Shown one piece after another: positions 26,505 to 36,693 of a stretch of 58,793 nucleotides of DNA. The DNA lies in the IMG/VR virus record IMGVR_UViG_3300040971_000013; one strand, given 5' to 3'. A program made the translations under genes and the position numbers. Within the stretch, counting starts at the first letter, position 1. Every line of letters starts with the position of its first letter. The stretch is from an uncultured virus (IMG/VR IMGVR_UViG_3300040971_000013) (Duplodnaviria; Heunggongvirae; Uroviricota; Caudoviricetes). The notes under the pieces are model-generated. The model made no database searches. It worked only from the letters and a program-made list of their open reading frames with translations, and was not told the origin of the DNA.

Positions 26505-27650
26505 CTAAAGACTTTCTAGCTTGAGGTCTCCAATGAGACCTGATTCTTGCTTCACCGGAACCCGTGTTCCTCCACAAGCAAACAACGCCGTTGCCGCGTC
26601 TTTGATATTTATGGCTGCGTTCAAGTCTCTATCAATCGACAGACCACAGTTTTCGCAATGGTAGGTTCTCTCACTAAGAGACAAATCTTTCTTGACGAAA
26701 CCGCACGCAGAACAAGTTTTACTTGAAGGATAGAACCTACCAACTTCAACTAGTTCTTTGACTTTATGTTTTAGTTTCATTTTGAATGAGAACCATGGAA
26801 GCTGTTGAATAGATGGTGCCAAACAATGATTTTTCTTCATTCCTTGAATGTTTAGATTTTCCATTGAAACAACATCGTAACTCTTGGCTATCGAGCTAAC
26901 ATAGTTGTTTATTAGATCATCTTTTATTCTTGAGATTTTTCTATATTGTTTTGCAACCTTTATTCTAGCTTTATTTCTGTTATTTGATCCTTTTTGTTTT
27001 CTAGTAAATGATCTTTGAAGTTTCTTTAGTTTCGTTGTTTCTTGTTCTAGTTTTGGTAGTTCGAAGACTTCACCATCACTAGTGATAGCAAAGGTTTTTA
27101 TACCAAGATCAATACCGACTACTGATTTGTAATCTATGGTAGGTACCGGTACATCTTGTTCACATAAGATAGAAACGAACCATTGATCCACATCGAGGGA
27201 AATTACCAAAGATTTAGCTTTGCCTGATAGTTTTCTATGATTGACTATTTTTATCCAACCAATCTTCGGCAATTTAACTTTGTTGCCACGGATATTAAAA
27301 TGTTGTGGTACAGAGAAAGCTTGTTTAGAACTCTTTCTTGATTTGAATTTAGGAAAACCACCAGTTTTATGTTTGAATTTATTACTAAAAGCTTTACCCA
27401 AATTTAGTGCAGATTGTTGAAGTGATTGACTGTTTACTTTCTTCAACCAATCATTATTTTCTTTTATTGGTTTTACCGCATTAGATAATGCCATACCGAA
27501 CATAAATTTCTTCTCATTTTCATATAAGGAAATTTGTTGTTCAAGGAGTTTATTATAAATAAAACGGGACGCACCACAATGTTCTATAAACAAGGATTCT
27601 TGCGTTTTGGTAGGTTTTATTCTAAACTTATATGAAATATATCTAATCAT
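26505..27650 (-). CDS. tnpB: RNA-guided endonuclease TnpB
   Basis: GIDLG, MENL, CSACG/CENCG zinc finger, DRDLNAAINI all intact. Confidence 0.96.
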   Translation of the reverse strand: MIRYISYKFRIKPTKTQESLFIEHCGASRFIYNKLLEQQISLYENEKKFMFGMALSNAVKPIKENNDWLKKVNSQSLQQSALNLGKAFSNKFKHKTGGFPKFKSRKSSKQAFSVPQHFNIRGNKVKLPKIGWIKIVNHRKLSGKAKSLVISLDVDQWFVSILCEQDVPVPTIDYKSVVGIDLGIKTFAITSDGEVFELPKLEQETTKLKKLQRSFTRKQKGSNNRNKARIKVAKQYRKISRIKDDLINNYVSSIAKSYDVVSMENLNIQGMKKNHCLAPSIQQLPWFSFKMKLKHKVKELVEVGRFYPSSKTCSACGFVKKDLSLSERTYHCENCGLSIDRDLNAAINIKDAATALFACGGTRVPVKQESGLIGDLKLESL

Positions 27651-27709
27651 ATATCTATTTATATGTTTTGAAATTTCACTCTCACAAAATCAAATAAGGA
27701 ATTTATATA

Positions 27710-28138
27710 ATGTTGAAGAAATCTAGTAATTCAGTACATCACTTATCAATTCATTTGATTTTTGTGGTGAAATATAGGAAGAAATTACTCATCAAATTCG
27801 GTGAAGATATGAAAAAATTGTTGTTGGAATGTTCAGACAAAAGTGATAAGTTTGATATTACTCATATAGAAGTAGATCGGGATCATGTTCATATGATGAT
27901 TGATTATATACCAACAGAATCAGTTTCGAACATCGTTAGACAGTTGAAGTCCTATAGTGTGTTTCATATATGGAGGATGCACGGAGAAATATTAGAATAT
28001 CAATTTTGGAAAGAAAAGATGTTTTGGAGCAAGTCGTATTTTGTATGTTCTGTAGGAGACTGCTCTAGAGAAACTGTTGCGAAATATATTGGATCTCAAG
28101 GTGGATTACCACAAAACAAACGCAAATTCATCTCTTGA
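27710..28138 (+). CDS. tnpA: Y1 HUH transposase TnpA
   Basis: HLIFVVKYR, DHVHM, FWSKSYF, KYI..Q. Confidence 0.95.
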   Translation: MLKKSSNSVHHLSIHLIFVVKYRKKLLIKFGEDMKKLLLECSDKSDKFDITHIEVDRDHVHMMIDYIPTESVSNIVRQLKSYSVFHIWRMHGEILEYQFWKEKMFWSKSYFVCSVGDCSRETVAKYIGSQGGLPQNKRKFIS

Positions 28139-28219
28139 GCTAAAGCAACAAGAGTTTTCTTTGCGGAAGACTATAAATAAATCATATATTGGATAAATAG
28201 ATTGATTAAGGAGAACAAT

Positions 28220-28633
28220 ATGTGGTCTATGATTTATTCATTCATGACAAAAGAACGAATTGCTATCGTTGCTCTTATCGTGTTGTGTCTTGGGCTATTT
28301 GGAACTATAAAATATAAAGAGTCTTCGTTTGAGAAGCAGATGTTAGTACAGCAAGAACGTTATGAACAGCTTCAGAAAGAATATTTTGTCGAAATGACTA
28401 ATGCACAATCTCTAAGATCCGCAATAGATGAACAGAACAAAATGATTCGAGAGTTCAACGAAGACTCTGAAGAATTTAAAGCTGAAATCGAAAAATTGAA
28501 TTCTTCACTTGCTGTCAAGAACAAAGAACTTAAAGCATTAATAAATACAACAAAGAAGTTGGTACCAGACTCAGTTAAATCTTCAGAGGATGCAATCAAA
28601 TGGCTAAGATCAAATGCACACAATTTGCGCTAA
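28220..28633 (+). CDS. i-spanin (Rz-like)
   Basis: N-terminal TM then coiled coil; overlapped by lipoprotein gene. Confidence 0.7.
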   Translation: MWSMIYSFMTKERIAIVALIVLCLGLFGTIKYKESSFEKQMLVQQERYEQLQKEYFVEMTNAQSLRSAIDEQNKMIREFNEDSEEFKAEIEKLNSSLAVKNKELKALINTTKKLVPDSVKSSEDAIKWLRSNAHNLR

Positions 28634-28887
28634 TAATTGTTTTATGTTTATTTATTTCAGGATGCACTAAATATGTTGACAGATACGTAGATCGTCCAGT
28701 CTATATAGAAGTCCCAATAATGGTGAAACCTGAAGTTGATAAAGTAGAAAAGCCTGATTTTCCGATCAACTATTTAACTGAGAGTGCGTCTCCAGCAGAA
28801 GTGGCTGAAGCATATTATAGAACTATTTTGATCTATAAAAAATACACTGAAGTATTAGAAGAAAGCTTACAGCCATTCCAAAAATAA
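28600..28887 (+). CDS. o-spanin lipoprotein (Rz1-like)
   Basis: lipobox ISG-C; Pro-rich. Confidence 0.75.
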   Translation: MAKIKCTQFALIIVLCLFISGCTKYVDRYVDRPVYIEVPIMVKPEVDKVEKPDFPINYLTESASPAEVAEAYYRTILIYKKYTEVLEESLQPFQK

Positions 28888-28905
28888 AATTAAGGAATTA
28901 TTGTC

Positions 28906-29397
28906 GTGACTGAATATAATATAGCTGAGAAGGTTGCTGCTATCAATAGCACTCTGCAATCACTCAAAGAACAACTGCCGCTGATGGCACAATCCATAAA
29001 GGAACTATCTGCTACTACAACCACGCATACAGCTATTATTGATATATTAACAAAGAATCTTGACAAACTTAGGGAAAACGTAGAACTGCTGATAGCAATG
29101 CAGCATCAAGTAAACAGTTCTACTTCGGATATAGATGATATTTTGGAAATCATAGATGCTATAAAAAAGCAGCTCACAGAGATTCAAAAGAGTTGTGATA
29201 TGAGATCTATAATGTGTCCAGCGTGTAAACCAGCCGAACTAAAAAAGACATCTTGGTTAGACTATGTAAAGATTATTCCGATAATCATTACAGTAATTAC
29301 TTTTGTTTCAACAATAGCATGGTATATCATTAAGTCACAACTGAGTGAAATGCTACCTGGATTAATCAAGCAGATTTTGAATACCATGCCGCAATAG
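28906..29397 (+). CDS. coiled-coil membrane protein
   Basis: heptads plus C-terminal TM. Confidence 0.6.
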   Translation: MTEYNIAEKVAAINSTLQSLKEQLPLMAQSIKELSATTTTHTAIIDILTKNLDKLRENVELLIAMQHQVNSSTSDIDDILEIIDAIKKQLTEIQKSCDMRSIMCPACKPAELKKTSWLDYVKIIPIIITVITFVSTIAWYIIKSQLSEMLPGLIKQILNTMPQ

Positions 29398-29405
29398 GAG
29401 AAGAA

Positions 29406-30158
29406 ATGCCGAACTATAATAGAATTTCAACATATAATGATTTTATTCTATACTGTTTAAGAAAACTTGGAGCACCAGTTATCAACATTGAGGTAGATGA
29501 TACCCAGATTGCTGATAGAGTAACTGATGCTCTACAATTTTATCTAGAAAATAACTCTGAATCAGTTCAAGAGTTTTGGTGGTTGTATACTTGTACAGAA
29601 ACAGACGTTACTAATGGTTATCTAAGCATGCCATTAGAAGTTATTGATGTTCTTGATCTTATGAAACCTCGTGGAATTAATTCTACACCAGCATTAGATG
29701 GTCTCGATGATCCTGAATATCAGTTCTGGAATGGTTATTGGCAATTTGGTGCCGGTAATGCTAATTTAGTCTATTATGAGATTACTATGCAGTATATTTC
29801 AGCTATTAGATCTGTTCTACAAGCTGAAGTTCCGTTTGCATATCGGAACAGAGAACGAAAAATCTTTCCATATAAAGCAATCACAGCTGGTAATGTTGTT
29901 GGAATTCATGGATATAAGATGATTGATCCGGAAACCGAAGATTCTATATGGGATTCTGCGTTCTTAAAGGAATATTGTACTGCTCTAATTGGGGTTCAAT
30001 GGGGACAGAACATTTCTAAGTTTGGTAATATTCCGTCTGTTGGTGGAATCACATTGAACGGAGATGCAATACATTCAAAGTATATGTCTGAAAAAGAACG
30101 TTTAGAAGAGAAGCATAAAAAAGAAAATGAATATCCTCCACAGATGTTCTGGGGTTAA
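29406..30158 (+). CDS. 13: neck protein gp13
   Basis: YCLRKLGAPVINIEV, QWG.N..KF...GG.TLNG. Confidence 0.93.
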   Translation: MPNYNRISTYNDFILYCLRKLGAPVINIEVDDTQIADRVTDALQFYLENNSESVQEFWWLYTCTETDVTNGYLSMPLEVIDVLDLMKPRGINSTPALDGLDDPEYQFWNGYWQFGAGNANLVYYEITMQYISAIRSVLQAEVPFAYRNRERKIFPYKAITAGNVVGIHGYKMIDPETEDSIWDSAFLKEYCTALIGVQWGQNISKFGNIPSVGGITLNGDAIHSKYMSEKERLEEKHKKENEYPPQMFWG

Positions 30159-30160
30159 TA

Positions 30161-30853
30161 ATGGTACTTAATCCATACTTTTTAAATTCAAGAGCTGGCC
30201 TAAATCCATATCTTAGTATCAATGGTGAGAACTATGACAATACTAATGAACAAAATGTGATGAAGTCCTTGCAGAAAGAACATATTCAAATGTTCGGTGT
30301 TGCAACTACATATATTGTCAGAACAAACAATACAGTAGACGAAGTCTTTGGTGAGACAATTGGAACAACCTTCTCTCATACGTTTCCAATTGAAATGTAT
30401 CCGTCTGACACTTCTCTGATGCAAGGGCGGGATTCTATTGCTCAGTTTGGATACAATATGGCTGATACAATTGTCCTTCATGTTTCTTTTGAACGAATTG
30501 TAGAAGAGTTTGATAAACTTGGAGTTGAAGGAAGGTCTTATCCGATTCCAGGCGATCTTATTGCTTTCAGTATTCCAGGCAATATTTTAGAAATCAAATA
30601 TGTAGAAGATAAATTACCAAGCTTTGCATTGGGAGCATATAGTCTTTACGCTCTTACTTGTCAAGTTTACGATCAAGGAACAGAAGTGTTTGATACAGGC
30701 AATGAAGATATTGATATCATTAACAGCTACAATGATACGTTGGAAATGCCATTTATGGACAATACTGATATTATTGATGAAGCAAATGAATCAGTTATAA
30801 AAGAACCGAATCTCTGGGAAAACAGTCTGACAAAGGATTTTACTAATGGCTAA
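30161..30853 (+). CDS. 14: neck protein gp14
   Basis: LNPYF, EQ...E.IQMFG, P.PGDLI, EI.YVE. Confidence 0.9.
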   Translation: MVLNPYFLNSRAGLNPYLSINGENYDNTNEQNVMKSLQKEHIQMFGVATTYIVRTNNTVDEVFGETIGTTFSHTFPIEMYPSDTSLMQGRDSIAQFGYNMADTIVLHVSFERIVEEFDKLGVEGRSYPIPGDLIAFSIPGNILEIKYVEDKLPSFALGAYSLYALTCQVYDQGTEVFDTGNEDIDIINSYNDTLEMPFMDNTDIIDEANESVIKEPNLWENSLTKDFTNG

Positions 30854-31655
30854 CATACTAATTCCAAAAGACGCACATGCATCCAGTATTAGAAATATAG
30901 CAATCATATTTGGATCTTTATTTCAAGATCTGACTATACGTCTATATGATAAGACTGGTAACATTACTGGTGCTCGTAGAAAGGTACCGCTAGCATGGTC
31001 TGCAAAACAACAATATGCTCTATGGATCGAACAGACTATGAGACTTCCAGACGGATCTATCGAAGTAGGTCGATTACTTCCAAGACTATCGTTTGAATTG
31101 AGTTCGCTTGCAAGATCAGCTGAAGAGAGTACTAATGCTGCTCTGTTCCATGTTCAGTCTGGATTGAAAACAAACTTGACAGAGGCTCGAAAGATCAGAA
31201 CTCCAGTAGCATACAAGTTTGGATTTACTCTTTCTGCTTGGTGCAAAGGTATGGATGATTCTCTGCAGATTCTCAATCAGATCTTACCTGTATTCAATCC
31301 AGAAGTATCAATCAAGATGAAAGAATCTGTTCTATTGAATATTGTTAATGATGTACGGATCATCTTGAATGGGATTACAAAAAATGATTCATATGCTGAT
31401 GGATTTGATTCAAACAGAATGATAGAATGGTCTATGGATTTTGATGTACATGCTAATATTGTCCCAACAGATCAAGAAGCACAGATCATCAATAAGACCA
31501 TTGTCAATATAAATAATACTATACCATCATTAATGGAAAAATATGTATCAGAAGGAATTGATCCTGAATTCATGAATCCTGAATTGATTGAAGATCGTAC
31601 ATATACTATTGGTGATACGATCCCAGAGGAAGATAAAATTCCCGGAGATGAATAA
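30846..31655 (+). CDS. 15: tail sheath stabiliser gp15
   Basis: FG.LF, VPL, LPRLSFE, QI..QILP.FNP. Confidence 0.9.
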   Translation: MANILIPKDAHASSIRNIAIIFGSLFQDLTIRLYDKTGNITGARRKVPLAWSAKQQYALWIEQTMRLPDGSIEVGRLLPRLSFELSSLARSAEESTNAALFHVQSGLKTNLTEARKIRTPVAYKFGFTLSAWCKGMDDSLQILNQILPVFNPEVSIKMKESVLLNIVNDVRIILNGITKNDSYADGFDSNRMIEWSMDFDVHANIVPTDQEAQIINKTIVNINNTIPSLMEKYVSEGIDPEFMNPELIEDRTYTIGDTIPEEDKIPGDE

Positions 31656-32158
31656 TGAGTACTAAGAAACAAATGAACGACCTCTTCGGAGCTCAACCTA
31701 CTATAAATTTACCAGCAACTTCTGAATATGAACTTGCTGAGGATGCTTTAGATGATGATCTAGATGATGACTATCCTAGAGCTCTTGTAATGCCTTCTAA
31801 TGCGGCATCTCCGATTACAGTATCAAATATCAACTCGGATGTAGATTATGCTAGAAGGACAATAGAGCATCTTCTAAATAGGTCTCAGCAGCTAGTTGAG
31901 ATTGCTATGACAAATGCTAATGATGGAAATGCACGAGATTCAGAAGTTGCTGCAAAGGCTATTGATACTGCTATATCAGCTGCTGAACGTCTAGTAGATC
32001 TTCATCAGAAAATCAAAGACTTGAATGGATCTTCTCAACCAGATCAACCAAACTGTGGTACTGGAAACACCTTTGTAAATAACAATATACATCTCACGAC
32101 TGCAGAACTTCTGAAATTGATGCTCGCAGAAAAGGAAGAAAAAGTTGTCTCAAATTAA
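31655..32158 (+). CDS. 16: terminase small subunit gp16
   Basis: D.DYAR...R..EV....; NNNI..TTAEL; synteny. Confidence 0.8.
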   Translation: MSTKKQMNDLFGAQPTINLPATSEYELAEDALDDDLDDDYPRALVMPSNAASPITVSNINSDVDYARRTIEHLLNRSQQLVEIAMTNANDGNARDSEVAAKAIDTAISAAERLVDLHQKIKDLNGSSQPDQPNCGTGNTFVNNNIHLTTAELLKLMLAEKEEKVVSN

Positions 32159-32342
32159 TTTAACATACGCTTTCTGTACTTGTAAGATCTGTGGTGAATC
32201 TATGCACATATCTAAATTACAGCAGCATCTTATTGAAAAACATCAAATGTACTATTCTAATTATGTTGGAACTATAAATACCGAAGAACTGGATACACCT
32301 GAAGAATGTCAAACAAAACCAAAGCGCTCAAAAAAGAAATAA
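32145..32342 (+). CDS. C2H2 zinc-finger protein
   Basis: CKICG...L..HL...H. Confidence 0.5.
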   Translation: MSQINLTYAFCTCKICGESMHISKLQQHLIEKHQMYYSNYVGTINTEELDTPEECQTKPKRSKKK

Positions 32343-32788
32343 AGAAAGAAGAGAAGCTTGTAAAAAAGATTCTCGAAACTCTTTCTAATGGAGATGTACG
32401 AGCATATAGAGGCAATCCTCTTCTAAAAAGACAGGGTGAAGTAATTGAGTTTACTGCGGCGCATGTCAAAGAATATAAGAGATGTGCTAAAGATCCTGTC
32501 TATTTTGCTGAAAGATACATCAAGATCGTTCATGTAGATAGAGGTCTTATTCCAATTGTTCTATATGACTATCAGAAAAAACTGATCCAAGCATGTCACG
32601 ATGAGAGGTTCTTGATAACGTTAGCTTGCAGGCAAAGTGGGAAATGTGTTGGTATAAATACAATAGTAACATTGAGGCATCCTGATTTATATGATGGTGC
32701 CGAATTTAACATTACTATTGGAGCATTCTATCAATGGCGAGCATTCATAAAAACGTACGAAGAACAATTGATGACTTTATCGAATTAG
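32306..32788 (+). CDS. 17: terminase large subunit N-fragment + N-intein (47 aa, 32645-32785)
   Basis: Y.GNP.LK, C..DPVYFAE.Y, LYDYQ, RQSGK followed by intein block A CVGINTIVTL. Confidence 0.9.
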   Translation: MSNKTKALKKEIKKEEKLVKKILETLSNGDVRAYRGNPLLKRQGEVIEFTAAHVKEYKRCAKDPVYFAERYIKIVHVDRGLIPIVLYDYQKKLIQACHDERFLITLACRQSGKCVGINTIVTLRHPDLYDGAEFNITIGAFYQWRAFIKTYEEQLMTLSN

Positions 32789-33843
32789 ATGAATTAGAAA
32801 AAGAATTAACAAACAAGAAAAGTAAAAAATGTAAGAAGTGCGGAGATCCTGTAGATTCGCCAATTCGTCAAGCTATGCATTGCTCGAAATGTACGTTTGA
32901 ACGTATGTCCTTTGATCAGAAATCAAAGGTAGATCCTACTTTCTTAAATGACAAGGATTTAAATATTGATTATGTAAAGTGCCCTATTTGTGGATATCTG
33001 TCTAGATCACTTCAGAGTCACATTATATATCAACATAAAGATATATCTAATAAAGATTTCAAATTAATGTATCCAGATAGTCCAATTATTTGTGAAAATG
33101 AAAGACAAATTAGAAGTGATAAGATTAGTGGAGATAAAAATCCAGCATTCGATCACGGCGGTAAATTTTCTCCATATTCAAAAAAGTACATATACTATAA
33201 CGAAGAACAGAGATTAAGCTCGTTAGCAAAGGCATCTGAAAATAGATCTTATAATACTCAGCTTGAATATTACACTAATAAAGGTCTTTCAGAACAAGAG
33301 GCTCTAGAAGCTTTATCAAAAAGACAAACCACATTTTCTCTTGATAGATGCATAGAACAATACGGCGAAGAACTTGGATATGAAAAATGGAAAGAACGAC
33401 AAGAGAAATGGCAAAACACTCTTAAATCTAAATCTGATGAAGAGATAGCAGAGATAAACAAAAAGAAGATTAGTGGTGGAAGTATTTCTAAAAGTGAAAA
33501 AGAAATTGCTGAATACGTTAAATCTATCTTTCCAGAAACAGAAACACAACTATTTTTGAAAAACAATCATAATTGTTATTTATATGATATTTGTGTTGGT
33601 AATAAAATAATAGAATATAATGGATGCTATTGGCACGCATCACCAAATAGATTTAATGCTGATGATGTAGTTAGAATAATCAATGAGTGTGCATTAACAG
33701 CACAAGAAATTTGGGATAGAGATGCTGTTAAACTGCAGGTAGCTAAAGAAAATGGATATGAAGTTTTGGTCATATGGGAAAACGAATTTCATTCCGACAA
33801 ACAAGGAATTTTGAATAAATGCATAAACTTTCTGACAACATAG
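32734..33843 (+). CDS. free-standing homing endonuclease (Vsr/DUF559-like, EDxHD-type) with zinc fingers
   Basis: YDI...IIEYNGCYWH...D..K...GY.VLVIWE; CxxC motifs. Confidence 0.85.
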   Translation: MASIHKNVRRTIDDFIELDELEKELTNKKSKKCKKCGDPVDSPIRQAMHCSKCTFERMSFDQKSKVDPTFLNDKDLNIDYVKCPICGYLSRSLQSHIIYQHKDISNKDFKLMYPDSPIICENERQIRSDKISGDKNPAFDHGGKFSPYSKKYIYYNEEQRLSSLAKASENRSYNTQLEYYTNKGLSEQEALEALSKRQTTFSLDRCIEQYGEELGYEKWKERQEKWQNTLKSKSDEEIAEINKKKISGGSISKSEKEIAEYVKSIFPETETQLFLKNNHNCYLYDICVGNKIIEYNGCYWHASPNRFNADDVVRIINECALTAQEIWDRDAVKLQVAKENGYEVLVIWENEFHSDKQGILNKCINFLTT

Positions 33844-35888
33844 AACGCAAATATACTGATGTTATAACTCTAGACGGGTTTGAAATTAAGACCGATTCTG
33901 GTTTCAAACCCGTCGTCAAAGTTATGCAAACAGTGCAATATGAAAAATGGATATTACGTACTGAATCCCTTGAACTGGAGTGTGCTGATACTCATATAGT
34001 TTTTAGAGAAGATATGACAGAGGTATTTGTTAAAGACCTAATAGTCGGTGACAAAATAGTTTGTAAGCACGGCACCGAAACTGTTGTAAGCGTCTATAAT
34101 ACATATATTTTAGAACATATGTATGATCTAGAAGTAGATGATGATAACCATAGATTCTATTCTAATGATATTCTATCCCATAATTCTACATCCACAATCT
34201 GTTTTCTATTATGGTATTTGCTTTTTAATCCAAATAAATCTATAGCGCTTTTAGCTAATAAAGGTGCTACATCAAGGATGCTCCTTGCTAGAGTACAGCT
34301 TGCATACTATAATCTTCCAAAATGGCTTCAACAGGGTATAGTAGACTGGAACAAAGGTTCCTTTTCATTGGAAAATGGCTCTAGAATCGTCGCAGCTTCT
34401 ACAAGTTCTGATTCTATTCGCGGTGATAGTTTTAGTTGTATAACAGGCGAAACTCTTATTACTGTAAAAGACTTTCTCGGTATCATTCGTAAAATTGAAA
34501 TTAAAGACGCGGCACCATATACAGAAGTTTTAACCAATAAAGGATTCAAGAAATATAATGGTCTATTGGTTACATCTAATAGAAAAGATAAACTGAAGAT
34601 TTGTTTTTCTGATAGTTCTTTTCTTAGATGCACACTAGACCATCAGGTTATGTTATTGGATGGATCATTTGTAAAAGCAGAAGATCTATCTACTAACCAT
34701 ATTCTATTCGGCTTTAAACAGATTGAAAAAATAGAGTTCTTTCAGAGTGATGAAGATGTATATGATTTAATTAATGTAGAAGAGACTGCTTCATATATTA
34801 CATCCGGTATTGTTAGTCATAACTGTATAGTATTAGACGAAATGGCGTTCATTCCAAAGAACACATATGATGATTTTTATAAATCTGTATATCCTACTAT
34901 TTCATCTGGTGCTGATACCAAATTTATTGCTGTTTCTACTCCGAATGGAATGAACCATTTCTATGATGCATGGATGAAGGCCGTTGAAAAGAAATCGCGA
35001 TTTGTTCCAATCGAAGTCAATTGGTGGGATGTTCCTGGTAGAGATGAAGCTTGGAAAGAAGAACAACTTGCAAACATGTCTGAGGAGGACTTTTCCCAAG
35101 AATATGCGAACAATTTTGTCGGGAGTTGCCATACTCTTCTCCGCCCAGACACTCTATCTAGAATAGACCGAGATTGTTTGAAACCTATTCAGTCTAGTAA
35201 ACAGACTGCGATCTTTAAAGAACCTATCTGGGGTCATAAGTATATTGCTACGGTGGATTGTGCTGATACTGGAGATGACGCGTCTACTATTTCTATTATA
35301 GACATTACACAATATCCATATGAGCAGGTCGCACGCTTCAAAGACAATAAGATCTCTCATCTATCGTTTCCACAGATCATTGTAAATTTTGCAACAAAGT
35401 ATAATATGGCTGATGTGCTTGTAGAATCTAATGATGTTGGAAAAGTAATTCTTCATATTCTGAACTATGATATCGGATATGAGAATATTGTTTCTACAAA
35501 GATCGGAGCTAGAATTGGTCTCGGACAAAGAACAACGTCCAAGACAAAGCCAATTGGATGTGCCCGTCTGAAAGATATGCTAGAGTCTGGAAAGATGATT
35601 ATTAGAGATGCTGATACGTCTACTGAATTGAAACATTTCGTTTTAGACGGACATTCTTATGCTGCTGAAGACGGATACCATGATGATCTTGTTATGGGTC
35701 TTGTGAATCTTGCTTATTATGCAAATACAAGCTCATTTAGATATCATCATGACAGTAACTTTACTGATGAATATCGAAAAGAATATGAGGGGAGCATCAT
35801 GGATATGTTGACTCCCCTCCCTATGTTCTCTGTTGATAATGAAGTAGACGAAGAAGATCTTTCATTTCTTCGTGAACTTCGAAGTTAA
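33819..35888 (+). CDS. 17: terminase large subunit C-fragment: C-intein (33819-34184) + TerL with internal mini-intein (34437-34823)
   Basis: CADTH...MYDLEV...SHN/S; CITGET...CTLDH...SHN/CIVLDE; STPNG.NHFY; HDDLVM. Confidence 0.92.
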   Translation: MHKLSDNIERKYTDVITLDGFEIKTDSGFKPVVKVMQTVQYEKWILRTESLELECADTHIVFREDMTEVFVKDLIVGDKIVCKHGTETVVSVYNTYILEHMYDLEVDDDNHRFYSNDILSHNSTSTICFLLWYLLFNPNKSIALLANKGATSRMLLARVQLAYYNLPKWLQQGIVDWNKGSFSLENGSRIVAASTSSDSIRGDSFSCITGETLITVKDFLGIIRKIEIKDAAPYTEVLTNKGFKKYNGLLVTSNRKDKLKICFSDSSFLRCTLDHQVMLLDGSFVKAEDLSTNHILFGFKQIEKIEFFQSDEDVYDLINVEETASYITSGIVSHNCIVLDEMAFIPKNTYDDFYKSVYPTISSGADTKFIAVSTPNGMNHFYDAWMKAVEKKSRFVPIEVNWWDVPGRDEAWKEEQLANMSEEDFSQEYANNFVGSCHTLLRPDTLSRIDRDCLKPIQSSKQTAIFKEPIWGHKYIATVDCADTGDDASTISIIDITQYPYEQVARFKDNKISHLSFPQIIVNFATKYNMADVLVESNDVGKVILHILNYDIGYENIVSTKIGARIGLGQRTTSKTKPIGCARLKDMLESGKMIIRDADTSTELKHFVLDGHSYAAEDGYHDDLVMGLVNLAYYANTSSFRYHHDSNFTDEYRKEYEGSIMDMLTPLPMFSVDNEVDEEDLSFLRELRS

Positions 35889-36509
35889 TTATTTTACGTA
35901 TTCTAAATCAGATCCACATGAGTCTATTTCATAATGAGCATCTAGGAAAGAAGCTTCAATATTACCAACAGATGAATCAGATCGTGTTAAACGGATTTGT
36001 ACTATTGCTGATATTCCAGTACCTACAAGTGGAATGTCTATCAATCTTGTGATCTGGTTTATAATGCCAGATGTATATGGAAACACACTGTTTTCTATTG
36101 TAGTAGAAGTACTTATATTACTACTCCAAGCTGGAACTTGTTGACCATGAGACAGTACACGATATCTAAAAGTAAAAGATCTTATAGTTGTATTAGCTTG
36201 AAACCAATGAATATGAACTCTTAAAGGTGAATCTACTTTTGCAGCATGCGGAATCTGAAAATTCAATAATACTACATCACCATCATTATCTATATTACCA
36301 GACGGAGCCATGATAACGGTTCCATCTGTAAAGTTCATTGTAATCTTTCCGGCTGGTGAATATAATCTCTGCCCGAATAGAGAAACCCTAAGATCATCAA
36401 ATGCAGTAGCAGTTCCTTCAAAAGTTAACATACCATTTGTATTGAACCGAGCTCTTTTTTGGTTTTTTCCAATATACAGCGGATAGTTTAGATCTTCAAC
36501 ATTTCTCAT
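35889..36509 (-). CDS. virion-associated beta-rich protein
   Basis: QIPH...HIHW...D.HYEID..GS; in tail operon. Confidence 0.6.
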   Translation of the reverse strand: MRNVEDLNYPLYIGKNQKRARFNTNGMLTFEGTATAFDDLRVSLFGQRLYSPAGKITMNFTDGTVIMAPSGNIDNDGDVVLLNFQIPHAAKVDSPLRVHIHWFQANTTIRSFTFRYRVLSHGQQVPAWSSNISTSTTIENSVFPYTSGIINQITRLIDIPLVGTGISAIVQIRLTRSDSSVGNIEASFLDAHYEIDSCGSDLEYVK

Positions 36510-36691
36510 ATTGTATTCTCATTAGACGTTAGCTTAGTTCCAAATCGATCAACAAGCTCCTCAGAAGAATCTGAGATAAGAACCTCGGCTTGTACAGGAT
36601 ATGAATTACCGAATTTCCAAGGAATGGTTTCTTCTGTAAAAAACACATTATCCTTTTCTACTCGGTAAACCAACGGGCATTCAATAGTCAT
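36506..36691 (-). CDS. hypothetical protein
   Basis: ATGA-coupled ORF. Confidence 0.5.
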   Translation of the reverse strand: MTIECPLVYRVEKDNVFFTEETIPWKFGNSYPVQAEVLISDSSEELVDRFGTKLTSNENTI

Positions 36692-36693
36692 AA

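Larger units (their letters stand above)
26487..28172 (-). mobile_element. IS200/IS605-family element (divergent tnpA and tnpB)
   Basis: subterminal hairpins at both ends; right end ...CTTCTAGTTGGGTTGAC; putative TTTAT target motif next to left end. Confidence 0.85.
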
